From: Gemmatimonadaceae bacterium
GTDB taxonomy: Bacteria; Gemmatimonadota; Gemmatimonadetes; Gemmatimonadales; Gemmatimonadaceae
DNA length: 59,849 bases
NCBI GenBank assembly: GCA_040902005.1
Contig: JBBDYA010000127.1
Coordinates: forward strand, 1 to 59,849
Reading direction: 5' to 3'
Shown here in pieces: positions 50,176 to 59,849 of the stretch; the stretch's first letter is position 1, and each line of letters begins with the position of its first letter. The notes under the pieces are model-generated. The model was not told the DNA's origin and searched no databases. It saw only the letters and a list, made by a program, of their open reading frames with translations. A program made the position numbers and the translations under genes.

Positions 50176-51321
50176 CTACGTGCGGTATGAAGCCCCGGTA
50201 CCGGTATTGAAGACGACGACCTGGGCGTCCTTGCCGATGTGGCCGTCGCCCGCCATCTGGCGGAGCACGGCGATCGCGCAACCGCCTTCGGGCGCGGCGT
50301 CGATGCCCGTTGCCCGCGTCAGCCACTCGGTGCCGCTCCGAATGTCGTCCTCGGATACGGCGATGGCGTCACCGCCGCTCTCTCGCATGGCGCGCAAGAT
50401 AAGCCGGTCGCCCAGTGGAGACGGGACGCGCAGGCCCGCGGCATGGGTCTGCGGATCCTCCCACGGGGCCGCCCGGTCGGCGCCAAGACTCCAGGCGCGG
50501 ACGATCGGCGCGCAGCCCTCCGCCTGCGCGACGACCATGCGCGGCATGACGGCATCGCCCTGGAGCCAGCCCAGCGTCGTGAGCTCCCGGAAGACCTTCC
50601 ACATTCCGATCAGGCCGGTGCCACCGCCCGTCGGATAGATGATGTGCGTCGGCAGCTGCCACGACAGCTGCTCGGCCACCTCGAGACCCATCGTCTTCTT
50701 GCCCTCGATGCGATAGGGCTCGCGCAAGGTGCTGACATCGAAGTAGCCGCTCTCGGCGGCGAATGCCCGCGCCGCCCTCCCCGCATCGCCGATGTGGCCA
50801 TCCACCAGCGTGAGTTCCGCCCCAAACGCGCGAATGGTACGCAGAATGGCCGAGGGCGTCGATTCCGGCGCGAACACGCGCGCGGGGATGCCCGCCGCGG
50901 CGGCATAGGCAGCCATTGCGGCGCCGGCGTTCCCCGCGGTTGGCACGACCAGCCCTGTCGCGCCCAGGGCGCGCGCCCGCGTCACCGCGGCGCTCATCCC
51001 GCGCGCCTTGAACGAGCCGGTCGGGTTCAGTCCTTCTTCCTTCACCCACACGCGCGTCACCTTGACCGCGGCGGCGATCGCGGGAGCGTCGAGGAGCGGC
51101 GTGCCTCCTTCTCCCAGCGTCACCGGCTGCTCGTCGTCGCGCAGCGGCAGCAGGGGCGCGTACCGCCACATGTCCCAGCGACTCCGGAGGTCCTTGGGCA
51201 GCGCGGCAAGTCCCGGATACTCCACCAGCAGGGGTTGGCCGCACTCCGGACACACGGAGGCAGCCGCATCGCCGGGGCGCTGCACAGTGCAGGCGGAGCA
51301 CACCAGCATCCAGGATTTCAC
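50176..51321 (-). CDS. thrC: Threonine synthase (PLP)
   Basis: LGEGGTPL, NPTGSFKARG, EPYRIEGKKTMG, YPTGGG, FNTG. Confidence 0.9.
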   Translation of the reverse strand: MKSWMLVCSACTVQRPGDAAASVCPECGQPLLVEYPGLAALPKDLRSRWDMWRYAPLLPLRDDEQPVTLGEGGTPLLDAPAIAAAVKVTRVWVKEEGLNPTGSFKARGMSAAVTRARALGATGLVVPTAGNAGAAMAAYAAAAGIPARVFAPESTPSAILRTIRAFGAELTLVDGHIGDAGRAARAFAAESGYFDVSTLREPYRIEGKKTMGLEVAEQLSWQLPTHIIYPTGGGTGLIGMWKVFRELTTLGWLQGDAVMPRMVVAQAEGCAPIVRAWSLGADRAAPWEDPQTHAAGLRVPSPLGDRLILRAMRESGGDAIAVSEDDIRSGTEWLTRATGIDAAPEGGCAIAVLRQMAGDGHIGKDAQVVVFNTGTGASYRT

Positions 51322-53192
51322 GAGGGTGTCTCCGGATCCGGGGCGGCCTCCCCGGCCGGCGCGGCGCCCGCCGCGGCTGGAATGCGGCCGTGAAGCACGT
51401 CGAGAATCTTCCGGGCCGACGCACCCGAAAATCCCGGCAGTGCGGCAATCGCTTCGACGCTCGCCGTCCGCACGCCTTCGAGACTGCCAAACGCCCGCAA
51501 CAGCTGGCGGCGTCGTGCCGCCCCAACGCCGCGAATCTGCAACAGCTCCGACGTCACCGTGCGCTTCGTGCGGCGCAGCCGCTGAAACGTGATCGCGAAA
51601 CGATGGGCCTCGTCCCGCGCCTGCTGCAGCATCCGCAACCCAACCGACCGGCGCGGCAGGCGCAGGGATTCAGAGCGTCCGGGCATGAAGATCTCCTCTT
51701 CGCGCTTGGCCAGGCTGATGAGGGGCAGTTCGCCGAGCTGGAGGGACTGGAGCGCCTCGTGCGCGGCGCTCAGCTGACCCTTGCCGCCATCGATGAGCAC
51801 GAGGTCCGGCAGCCGCCTGGCCTCGTCCAGCCGGCGGCGGAAATACCGCTCGACCACCTCCCGCATGGCCTGAAAATCATCGACGCCCGCCACGGTTTTC
51901 ATCTTGAACTTCCGGTACTCCGCGCGGTACGGGCGGCCATTCTGGAACCACACACACGAGGCCACCGTATCGGTGCCCTGCGCGTGCGAGATGTCGAAGC
52001 ACACGAGCGCACGCGGCACGCGCTGCAGGCCGAGCTGTCGCTGCAGCTCGTACACCGGGTCGGCCGCCCGCTCCTCGGTCTCATCGCCTTCCAGGAGCGC
52101 CTCCTCCAGCAGGTGTCGCGCATTCTGTTCCGCCAGGTCGATCAACTCCCGCTTCGGGCCGCGCTGCGGCACCACGAAAGACGTCTCCGGCGAGGTCTGT
52201 TCGATCAGGTCGCGATCGTCGAACTCGAACGGAGCGTACAGTTCCCTTGCCCGGTCCTCGAGCTGGAGATACGCCCCCGCGAGATACGCCGCGAGCACGG
52301 CACGATCGGGCTCCTCCGAGAGATTGGTCATGAGCTGGTGCTCGCGCGCCAGCAGGCGTCCCGATCGGATCCGCATCAGCGCCACGCAGGCGTCGTCACC
52401 GTCGCGGGCGTATCCGAGCACGTCGCGATCCCCTCCCTCCACTTCCAGCACGACCGTCGGCTCCTCCATCCGCTCCAGGTGCCGCAGCGCGTCACGCAGT
52501 TCCGCGGCGCGCTCGAAATCGAGGGCTTCCGACGCCAGCTCCATGCGGTCGCGCACGCGGCGCCGTACCTCGCCCGTCTTTCCATCGAGGAAGAGCAGCA
52601 CCTCGTCGATCATCACCCCGTACTCCGCCTGCGACTGAAGCAGCACGCAGGGCGCCTTGCACCGGCCGATGTGATGGTCCAGGCAGGGGCGATCCGGTGC
52701 CACCGTCGGCAGGTCGTAGTTGCAGCTGCGCACCGTGAACAGCCGCTTGACCACGTGCAGCGCGCGGCGCATCCCGCTCACGTCCGTGTACGGTCCGAAG
52801 TACCGGGAACCGTCGTTGACCAGGCGCCGAGTGACGAACACACGCGGAAACGGCTCGTGCACCGTCACCTTGATCAGCGGATAGCTCTTGTCATCCCGGA
52901 GCGAGATGTTGAATCGTGGTTTGTGTTCCTTGATGAGGTTGGCCTCGAGGATCAGCGCGTGGGCCTCAGTGGGGACGACGATCGTGGCCAGCCCGGCGAC
53001 CTGCGCCATGAGGGCGTACGTCTTCACGCTCTCCGCGCGCTCGACGTTGGCGTAGTTGCGCACGCGCGAACGCAGGCGCTTCGCCTTGCCGACATACAGC
53101 ACGTTCCCGTCGGCGTCCTTCCACAGATAGACGCCGGGAGACTCGGGCAGGTGCGGAATCTTGTCGAGAACGGCTGCTGGCAGCGTGGTCAT
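51318..53192 (-). CDS. uvrC: Excinuclease ABC subunit C
   Basis: PGVY...YVGKAKRLRSRV GIY-YIG, CFDISH, LIDGGKGQL, RDEAHRFA, HhH. Confidence 0.97.
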   Translation of the reverse strand: MTTLPAAVLDKIPHLPESPGVYLWKDADGNVLYVGKAKRLRSRVRNYANVERAESVKTYALMAQVAGLATIVVPTEAHALILEANLIKEHKPRFNISLRDDKSYPLIKVTVHEPFPRVFVTRRLVNDGSRYFGPYTDVSGMRRALHVVKRLFTVRSCNYDLPTVAPDRPCLDHHIGRCKAPCVLLQSQAEYGVMIDEVLLFLDGKTGEVRRRVRDRMELASEALDFERAAELRDALRHLERMEEPTVVLEVEGGDRDVLGYARDGDDACVALMRIRSGRLLAREHQLMTNLSEEPDRAVLAAYLAGAYLQLEDRARELYAPFEFDDRDLIEQTSPETSFVVPQRGPKRELIDLAEQNARHLLEEALLEGDETEERAADPVYELQRQLGLQRVPRALVCFDISHAQGTDTVASCVWFQNGRPYRAEYRKFKMKTVAGVDDFQAMREVVERYFRRRLDEARRLPDLVLIDGGKGQLSAAHEALQSLQLGELPLISLAKREEEIFMPGRSESLRLPRRSVGLRMLQQARDEAHRFAITFQRLRRTKRTVTSELLQIRGVGAARRRQLLRAFGSLEGVRTASVEAIAALPGFSGASARKILDVLHGRIPAAAGAAPAGEAAPDPETPS

Positions 53193-54745
53193 GCTCGGGT
53201 ACGGCGTAATCGGTCCAGAAGGGCAAGTGATTCGGGCACGCGAAGGGCGCTCGTCACCACAAGGTAGAGCGCGCCGAACGTGCCCAGCACCAGCGCCGCC
53301 AGCGCCAGGCGGTGGAGGCCCGCCACCGCCAGTTTCACTCCGACGCCGGCGGCTCCCGAGGCCAGCGCGGCCGTCAGCAGCGTGAGCACGAACGATGGCG
53401 CGGCGCCGGTGCGCCCGATGCGGGCATTCAGCCGCCGACGGAGGAGGGTGAACTCCACCCAGCCCACGATGCTCGACGAGAGGGCGAGCGCCGCGGCACC
53501 CCACTGGGGGGCCACGCCGAACAGCCCCGGCAGATACAGCGCGAACAGCGTGCCAAGCATCATCGCCAGGGTCACGCGCACCAGCGCGATCCGGAGCGGC
53601 GTCTTCGTGTCGTTCAGGGCATAGAATCCAGAGGAGTACAGCCGGCCCAGCGTGGACGCGAGCAGCCCGAGTGATGCGGCAGCGAGAATGCCCCAGGTGA
53701 ACCGCGTGTCCTCCGCGGTAAATCGGCCCCACTGGAACAGCGCCGCGGCGATCACGTCTCCCAGCATGAAAAAGGCGACGGCCGAGGGGACGACCAGAAA
53801 CGCGATCTGCCGGAGACCGATGTTCAGTCGCGTGCGCACATGTGCATGCGACTGCTCGTCGTCTCCGGTGGCGCTCGACATCTCCGGCAGCTCCGCCGCC
53901 GACACCGACATGCCGAAGAGACTGATCGGCAGCATGGTGATCGTCTGCGAGTAGAACAGCAGCGAGATGGCGCCGGTGGGCAGGAAGCTGGCGATCAGCT
54001 GGTCGATGTAGGCATTGACCTGCACCACGCCGCGCCCGAAGAACGCCGGCACGAAATTGCGCATCACGCGCCGTACCGCTTCGTTCCCCCGCCCAAGCGA
54101 CAGCCGCAACGCCGGCGCCACCCGAAAGACCACCGGAAGCTGGACGATGAACGTCAGCGCAGCCCCGGCGACGGATGCCCAGGCGATGTTCGTGGCAAGC
54201 GTCGCCGGCGCGCTACGACGGTACACGAGCAATGCGGCGATCATCGTCAGATTCCACGCCACGGGCGCGGCATACGACAGAAAGAATCGGCGATGGCTGT
54301 TCAGTATGCCCAGGCACCACGCGGAAAACACGAACAGTGCCGCGCCGGGAAACAGGATCCGCGTCAGGCTCACGGTCAGGTCGCGCTTGGGTCCCTCCTC
54401 GAATCCCGGCGCAATCACGGCCACCAGCGCGGGCGCGAAGATCACCCCGAGCAGCACGAGCACCGCCGCGACGAGCGCCAACAGCGCGCCGATGGCGCCC
54501 GCGAGCCGGTCTGCCTCCTCGCGGTTGCCGCGCGCGAGGGCGTTCGAGTACACGGGAATGAACGACGCGGACAGCGACCCCTCCCCGAACAGGTTCTGCA
54601 GGACATTCGGGATGCGGAATGCGGCATGAAAGGCGTCCGCCGCGATGTCGCCCGTCGCACCGAGGAACCGCGCCTTCAGCGACTCGCGCACCAGTCCCAG
54701 TATCCGCGAGAGCAGGATCCCCGCGCCGACGAGAACGGCGTGCAC
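53189..54745 (-). CDS. murJ: Lipid II flippase MurJ
   Basis: SRILGLVRE, FRIPN...GEGSLSASFIPV; multi-TM; GTG start overlaps the bshC stop. Confidence 0.94.
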   Translation of the reverse strand: MHAVLVGAGILLSRILGLVRESLKARFLGATGDIAADAFHAAFRIPNVLQNLFGEGSLSASFIPVYSNALARGNREEADRLAGAIGALLALVAAVLVLLGVIFAPALVAVIAPGFEEGPKRDLTVSLTRILFPGAALFVFSAWCLGILNSHRRFFLSYAAPVAWNLTMIAALLVYRRSAPATLATNIAWASVAGAALTFIVQLPVVFRVAPALRLSLGRGNEAVRRVMRNFVPAFFGRGVVQVNAYIDQLIASFLPTGAISLLFYSQTITMLPISLFGMSVSAAELPEMSSATGDDEQSHAHVRTRLNIGLRQIAFLVVPSAVAFFMLGDVIAAALFQWGRFTAEDTRFTWGILAAASLGLLASTLGRLYSSGFYALNDTKTPLRIALVRVTLAMMLGTLFALYLPGLFGVAPQWGAAALALSSSIVGWVEFTLLRRRLNARIGRTGAAPSFVLTLLTAALASGAAGVGVKLAVAGLHRLALAALVLGTFGALYLVVTSALRVPESLALLDRLRRTRA

Positions 54746-56322
54746 TAGCGGGCCGCTTCCTGGGGAAGCTCCACGGCGAGCAGGGCGAGCGCGTGCGCAT
54801 GCGCCCCGCGCCGCAGTGCGTCCATCAGGTCGTCGCCGCCGCGCGCGAGCATCGGGATGTAATTCAGCACGCGCTCCTGTCGGCGGCCGCCGGGATACAG
54901 CGCGCCACTCGCCGTCGCCAAATCGCGTCGTGTCCGCTCGTCCCGGCGCTTGACGGCGGCACGCAGGCGGCGCTCGGTGCGATTCAGGCGATGCGCCAGC
55001 GAGCGATCCAGCCCCTGCACCACCGCGGGCGGCAGCAGTGCCGCCGCGTTCACCGCGCCCGCGAACTCCGCGAGCCCCGCGCGCAACACCTCCTGCAGCC
55101 GCGCCCATGACGCCGACACTTCCGCAGGCATCGCCGCGACGGCAAGCCGGCGCTCCAGCGCGTGAACGTCCGCCAGTTCGCCATGCGCCACCCCCAGCCG
55201 CCGCAGCGCGCGGTCCGCGAACGGCTCCACGACCGTGCAGGACCATCGCGGCGTGCCGACCACCCCCTCGCGTCCCAGCGCATGCCCTGCCGCGTTGGAC
55301 TGCGCGAAATAGGCGAGCTCTCCCGGCCCCGCCACGTAGGCGACCGTCGGAAACAGCGCGCGCTCCACCACGGGGCGCAGCAGAACGTTGGGGGCCAGCA
55401 CCAGGTCGCTCGACGCCGTGACACGCCCCGCGTCGTCCACGGACACCCGACGCTTCAGCCCCTGCTCGATGGCGAACACCAGTGACAACCCGCGATCGTC
55501 CTGCACCTGCGGCTCGAAGCCCGCCTGACGAATCGCGGCCGCCGCCTCCGCCGTCGCTCGGGCGATCGTCGGCGCGGCACTGAGCGCGTCGCGCAGTATC
55601 GGCCGCGCCGCGTGTCGGTACGCCGCGTGCGAGGAATCCATCACGGCGATGCCCAGCGGCTCGAGCAGGGACCGGAGCAGCCGGACATAGGCGTCGCCAA
55701 GCGTATGCTGCTCCGTGAACGACGCGCGCGCGAGCTCGAAGAATTCGACGTGTGCGGCGGACCCGCACGCACGGCGCAGGCGGTCCACCAGGGCCGTAGC
55801 GTCCGCCCCCAGCAGTGCGTCGGCCATGGGTGTCCCTGCGGGCGGCCGTTGTCCCAGCGTGAGTTCGTGCAACCCGTCGGCATCCGCGGCGTATGTGGTC
55901 GCCGCCTCCGCGAAATCCGCATCGTCCGTGGCGGCCCAGAACACGGGCGCCGCCGGAATGCCCAGCCGCTCCTGAATCGCGTCGGCCAGCCCGAGCGCGC
56001 CGAGCGCCTTGGTCAACGTATACAGCGGCCCGCCGAACACGCCGGCCTGCTGGCCGGTGGTCACCACGATGCCGCGTCCACCGCTGACGCGCGCGAGTCG
56101 TGTCGCGGCCTCGCCGGACGGGGCCAGCGCCGGGCGGATTGCCTCGAGCCATTCCGCGGGCGCGCTGCCGCGGACGCGCTCGGCGTGCTCACGCCATTCG
56201 TCCAGCGTCGCCGGCCACCACGGTTGCACGGCGTCAGGAAGCCGGCGGCCCTGCACCGCGACCGCCAGCGCCGATCCGCCCAGCGCCTCGGTGATGACGC
56301 GCGCCGATCCCGACGCGTTCAT
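54745..56322 (-). CDS. bshC: Bacillithiol biosynthesis cysteine-adding enzyme BshC-like
   Basis: VTTGQQAGVFGGPLYTLTK, PVFWAATDDADFAE, PNVLLRPV, YVAGPGELAYFAQ, QERVLN. Confidence 0.88.
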   Translation of the reverse strand: MNASGSARVITEALGGSALAVAVQGRRLPDAVQPWWPATLDEWREHAERVRGSAPAEWLEAIRPALAPSGEAATRLARVSGGRGIVVTTGQQAGVFGGPLYTLTKALGALGLADAIQERLGIPAAPVFWAATDDADFAEAATTYAADADGLHELTLGQRPPAGTPMADALLGADATALVDRLRRACGSAAHVEFFELARASFTEQHTLGDAYVRLLRSLLEPLGIAVMDSSHAAYRHAARPILRDALSAAPTIARATAEAAAAIRQAGFEPQVQDDRGLSLVFAIEQGLKRRVSVDDAGRVTASSDLVLAPNVLLRPVVERALFPTVAYVAGPGELAYFAQSNAAGHALGREGVVGTPRWSCTVVEPFADRALRRLGVAHGELADVHALERRLAVAAMPAEVSASWARLQEVLRAGLAEFAGAVNAAALLPPAVVQGLDRSLAHRLNRTERRLRAAVKRRDERTRRDLATASGALYPGGRRQERVLNYIPMLARGGDDLMDALRRGAHAHALALLAVELPQEAAR

Positions 56323-56777
56323 TTATGATACGGCTCGCCGCGCACGATCGTGCCCGCGCGATAGAGTTGTTCCGCAAGAACGAGTCGCGCGAGTTCGTGC
56401 GGCAAGGTCCACGGCGCCAGCGAGAGCGTCCGGGCGCCGGCGCGCAGCGAGTCCGCCAGCCCGTAGGACCCGCCGATCACGAAGGCGATGTCGCGCGCGC
56501 GCTCCCGCGCCTCCTGGAGGAAGGCGGCGAATGCCGGCGACGACATGGACTCGCCCCGCTCGTCGCACGCGATCACCGTCGCGCCCTGCACGCGACCCGC
56601 CAGCCGGTCAGCTTCCTTTGCCCGCACGACGTCGGCCGACAGGCCCCTGGCATTCTCCTCGCGCACCTCGCGCACCTCGAGCGGCCAGTAGCGCGCCGCG
56701 CGCTCCTCGTAGGATCCGATCGCCGCCGCGAGGTCCGCGTCGCGCGGTTTCCCGACGGCGGCGACGATGACTTTCAT
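56319..56777 (-). CDS. rlmH: 23S rRNA m3-pseudouridine1915 methyltransferase
   Basis: [25 protein letters not shown]...GEPYHK. Confidence 0.96.
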   Translation of the reverse strand: MKVIVAAVGKPRDADLAAAIGSYEERAARYWPLEVREVREENARGLSADVVRAKEADRLAGRVQGATVIACDERGESMSSPAFAAFLQEARERARDIAFVIGGSYGLADSLRAGARTLSLAPWTLPHELARLVLAEQLYRAGTIVRGEPYHK

Positions 56778-56798
56778 CGGGCGGCGTGACGGTCCACC

Positions 56799-58106
56799 CT
56801 ACGCGTAGATCCCGCGCAGCCGGTGTACCGTCGCGACCCGGCTGATCGCCAGCATGTACGCCGCCGTGCGCATGTTCACTTTGTGCTGCTGCGACAGCTT
56901 CAGCACATCGGCGAAACTGCGCGTCATGATTTCCTCCAGCCGCATGTTGACCTCGTCCAGGCGCCAGAAGAATCCCCCGCGGTCCTGCACCCATTCGAAG
57001 TACGACACGGTGACGCCGCCGGCGTTGGCCAGAATGTCCGGGATGACGAACACGCCCTTCTCGTCGAGAATGTTGTCCGCACCCGCGGTCGTGGGGCCGT
57101 TGGCGCCTTCGCAGATGAGTTTGGCCTTCACCTTCCGGGCGTTCTTGCTGGTGATCACGTTCTCCATCGCCGCGGGCAGCAGCACGTCCACGTCCAGCGC
57201 CAGAAGATCGTCGTTCGTGATCTTCTCCGCCCCCGTGAATCCGTCCAGGTGCTTCGTCTTCCGCGCGTGCTCGATCGCCGCGGGGATGTCGATCCCGTTC
57301 GCGTTGTAGAACGCGCTGTTCTTGTCGCTGATGGCAACGACCTTGCACCCCTCCTCCGCGAGCAGGTTCGCCGCAACGGAGCCGACGTTGCCGAATCCCT
57401 GGACGGCGATGGTGGTGTCCTTGATCGACGTGCCGAGGTGCGTGAGCGCCTCCTTGACCACGAGCATGCACCCACGTCCGGTCGCCTCACGCCGACCCAG
57501 GGAACCGCCCATTTCCACCGGTTTCCCGGTGACGACCGCCGTGACCGTGTGGCCCATGCGCATGGAGTACGTGTCCATCACCCACGCCATCACGCGCTCG
57601 TTGGTGTTGACGTCCGGTGCGGGAACGTCCGAGTCCGGTCCGAGCGTGTTCACGATGCCGCTCGTATACCGTCGCGTGAGTCGCTCCAGTTCGCCGACGC
57701 TCATCTTCGACGGATCGCACACCACGCCGCCCTTGGACCCGCCGAACGGCAGGTTGACGACGGCGCATTTCCACGTCATCCAGGCGGCCAGCGCCTTCAC
57801 TTCCTCCAGCGTCACGCCCATGTCGAAGCGGATTCCCCCTTTCGCGGGGCCGCGGGACGTGTTGTACAGCACCCGGTGGCCGATGAAGACCTCCACCTCG
57901 CCACTGTCCATCATCACCGGACACGACACCGTGATCTGCTTCTCCGGGTGCCGGAGCACCTTGTACAGGCCGGGTTCGAGATCGAGCAGCTCCGCTGCCT
58001 GATCGAACCGCGACATCATCGCTTCGAAAGGATTGTCTTCGTCGAGAAAACGATCTTTGTCCGGCCGTACGATTTTCTCGGTGGGCAGTCTGAGATCGGT
58101 CGCCAT
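56799..58106 (-). CDS. gdhA: Glu/Leu/Phe/Val dehydrogenase (glutamate dehydrogenase)
   Basis: [52 protein letters not shown]. Confidence 0.95.
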   Translation of the reverse strand: MATDLRLPTEKIVRPDKDRFLDEDNPFEAMMSRFDQAAELLDLEPGLYKVLRHPEKQITVSCPVMMDSGEVEVFIGHRVLYNTSRGPAKGGIRFDMGVTLEEVKALAAWMTWKCAVVNLPFGGSKGGVVCDPSKMSVGELERLTRRYTSGIVNTLGPDSDVPAPDVNTNERVMAWVMDTYSMRMGHTVTAVVTGKPVEMGGSLGRREATGRGCMLVVKEALTHLGTSIKDTTIAVQGFGNVGSVAANLLAEEGCKVVAISDKNSAFYNANGIDIPAAIEHARKTKHLDGFTGAEKITNDDLLALDVDVLLPAAMENVITSKNARKVKAKLICEGANGPTTAGADNILDEKGVFVIPDILANAGGVTVSYFEWVQDRGGFFWRLDEVNMRLEEIMTRSFADVLKLSQQHKVNMRTAAYMLAISRVATVHRLRGIYA

Positions 58107-58132
58107 GGGAGGGAGAAGAGCGGGCGCCGGAA

Positions 58133-59164
58133 TCACCCGGCGAATGTCGCGGCAGAGGCACGGGCTTGGAGCGCGCGCTCGAGAAGGCTGTTCATCGCAT
58201 CTTCTCCCCGTTCCACCACGAGTTGCTGTGAAAGATACCATAGGCGGCTTGGCGCGGGCCAGCGACTGTCCAGTTTGACCGCGTCCTTCAGCGTACACAC
58301 CACCAGGCCGTCCGCCGGCGCCTGGGCCGCGAGCGACGCCATCTCCGCGTCAGAAAAGGCGTGATGGTCCCGAAACGCACGCATGGTCACGACGGCGCCA
58401 AGCGCCTCGAGCTGACGGTGAAAGCTGTCGGGCTCACCGATCGCGGCGATGGCCAGCACGGCAGCGCCCCGCAGCCGCTCCAGTGCCAATGACGCACCGC
58501 CGCGCAGGCTCCGGAGATCCGCGGGGGCGAGATGCACCACGGTCGTGGGAATGCCGGGCGTCGCGGCCAGCACAAGCTGGCGCGCATCGTCAGCCGCTCC
58601 GGCACCGGCGGATTTGCGGGTGATCACGATCAGATGCGCCCGGCGCGCCGCGGTCAGCGCCTCACGCCATGGCCCCGCAGGCAACAGCCGCCGCGGCCGC
58701 GCCAGTTGCTCCGCGCTGACCAGCAGCACCTGAACGGTGGGCCGGATCCGCCGGTGCTGGTAGGCATCGTCGAGCACGGCGATCTCCGCACCGCGCCGCT
58801 GCGCTTCCCGCACCGCCTGGAACCGGTCGGCATTCGCCACGACCGGAATCGCCGGGTTGAGGCGCGCGTGGACCTCCACCTCGTCGTCACCATACCCGCG
58901 CAACACCACCGCCGTGCGCGCGCGCTCCGCGAGCCGGCCGGCAATCCAGGCGGACACCGGCGTCTTCCCCGTTCCCCCGACCGTGAGGTTGCCCACGCTC
59001 ACCACCGGGAGGACCGGCACGCGCGAGGCCAGCAGGCCCGCGTCGTACAACCGGTTCCGCCCGGCTACCGCGAGGCCGTAGGCCACCGACAGCGGCCAGA
59101 GCGCGACGCGCGCCGCCGACGCCACGGCACTGCGCCCGAACCAGACATCCTCCACGATGCTCAT
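58133..59164 (-). CDS. lpxK: Tetraacyldisaccharide 4'-kinase
   Basis: [44 protein letters not shown]. Confidence 0.96.
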   Translation of the reverse strand: MSIVEDVWFGRSAVASAARVALWPLSVAYGLAVAGRNRLYDAGLLASRVPVLPVVSVGNLTVGGTGKTPVSAWIAGRLAERARTAVVLRGYGDDEVEVHARLNPAIPVVANADRFQAVREAQRRGAEIAVLDDAYQHRRIRPTVQVLLVSAEQLARPRRLLPAGPWREALTAARRAHLIVITRKSAGAGAADDARQLVLAATPGIPTTVVHLAPADLRSLRGGASLALERLRGAAVLAIAAIGEPDSFHRQLEALGAVVTMRAFRDHHAFSDAEMASLAAQAPADGLVVCTLKDAVKLDSRWPAPSRLWYLSQQLVVERGEDAMNSLLERALQARASAATFAG

Positions 59165-59808
59165 GTGCCGGCCGCAATGCCGCCGGCGGCATCGATGGCG
59201 TTCCGCACGCGATCCTGGTCATCCGCCGCGTCCCGCGACGTCTCGGGGCGCGGTCGCACCGGGTCCGCATAGGCCACGACGATGCGCGCAAACGGCTTGG
59301 GAATCATGAACCGGTCCCACGAGCGCAGCCGCCACGCGCGACGCGCGAACGCGGCCACCGGCACCATGGGAGCGCCGGAGCGGTTCGCAATCACCGCGGC
59401 GCCCGACGCAACCGATCGCGCGGGACCACGAGGACCGTCCGGCGTCACCGCCATGTCGAACCCGCTATCGAGTTCCCGGCACGCCACCAGGAGCGCGCGC
59501 GCCGCGCCGCGCGAGGACGACCCCCGCACCAGGCGATATCCCAGCGCGACCGCGATGCGCGCGAGGATCTCGCCATCGCGGTGCTCGGAGACCATCAGCG
59601 CGATGTCCCGGCCGCGGTGCGCCCACAGGAGCGGCAGCAGCTCCCCGTGCCAGAGGATGTAAATGATCTTCTGGCCGCGCGCGTGTTCGTCGCGCACGAA
59701 TCGGTCGTTCACCCAATGCACGCGCCAGGTGGACGCGAGCACCCGGATGAGAAGGGTTCCGGCGCGGGCCAGCCACACGGTTCTGCGATCCGTTGTGCTC
59801 GAGCTCAT
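59161..59808 (-). CDS. DUF374 lysophospholipid acyltransferase-like protein
   Basis: WHGE, SEHRDGE, RGSSSRG, TPDGPRGP, SWDRFMIPKPF. Confidence 0.92.
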   Translation of the reverse strand: MSSSTTDRRTVWLARAGTLLIRVLASTWRVHWVNDRFVRDEHARGQKIIYILWHGELLPLLWAHRGRDIALMVSEHRDGEILARIAVALGYRLVRGSSSRGAARALLVACRELDSGFDMAVTPDGPRGPARSVASGAAVIANRSGAPMVPVAAFARRAWRLRSWDRFMIPKPFARIVVAYADPVRPRPETSRDAADDQDRVRNAIDAAGGIAAGT

Positions 59809-59815
59809 GACGCCG

Positions 59816-59849
<34 letters not shown>

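Noticed and set aside
53189..56152. 987-aa MurJ ORF with a long N-terminal extension
   Set aside because: The extension overlaps bshC in another frame and is low-complexity Arg/Ala/Gly. The real start is about 54745. The same applies to the extended uvrC, xerD, trpG, GT2, GT4, gpsA and gdh ORFs.
56823..58364. 513-aa + strand ORF opposite gdh, and similar long antisense ORFs opposite pyrG, rpoN, fabF and uvrC
   Set aside because: Shadow frames of GC-rich codon usage; no motifs; the opposite strand holds clear conserved genes.

Overview
GC-rich bacterial chromosome segment. Gene content and order suggest Gemmatimonadota (inference). It appears to span the replication terminus: nearly all genes from 1 to ~39,000 are on + and all recognisable genes after it are on -. 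The two blocks converge on a 28-bp dif-like XerCD site (39073-39100), and GGGNAGGG (KOPS-like) octamers point towards it. Left arm: nuoM-nuoN, PMM/PGM, UPF0182, arcC-sucC-sucD-ndk, yceD-rpmF-plsX-fabH-fabD-fabG-acpP-fabF-ispF-dedA-xerD-trpG/pabA, a putative outer-membrane protein, kdsB-pyrG-kdsA-kdsC-kdsD-lptC-lptA-like-lptB-rpoN, a lipid-carrier glycosylation cluster (GT2, flippase-like, acyltransferase, deacetylase-like, GT4, YfhO, second GT2) and dapF. Right arm: a TPR protein, tRNA-Arg(CCT), a ~0.7-kb decayed integrative element, acyP-pcm-surE-merR-gpsA-plsY-der-DUF512, TPR/FxLYD protein, larC, thrC, uvrC, murJ, bshC, rlmH, gdh, lpxK and DUF374. Most notable: (1) a relic element that duplicates the 5' half of tRNA-Arg, carries a frameshifted tyrosine-integrase tail and appears to supply the tRNA's promoter; (2) SucD with a 79-aa histone-H1-like K/R tail next to ndk; (3) LptB with a ~148-aa unknown N-terminal domain; (4) plsY split at a G12 tract. 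The window ends in a G33 run, probably an assembly break.
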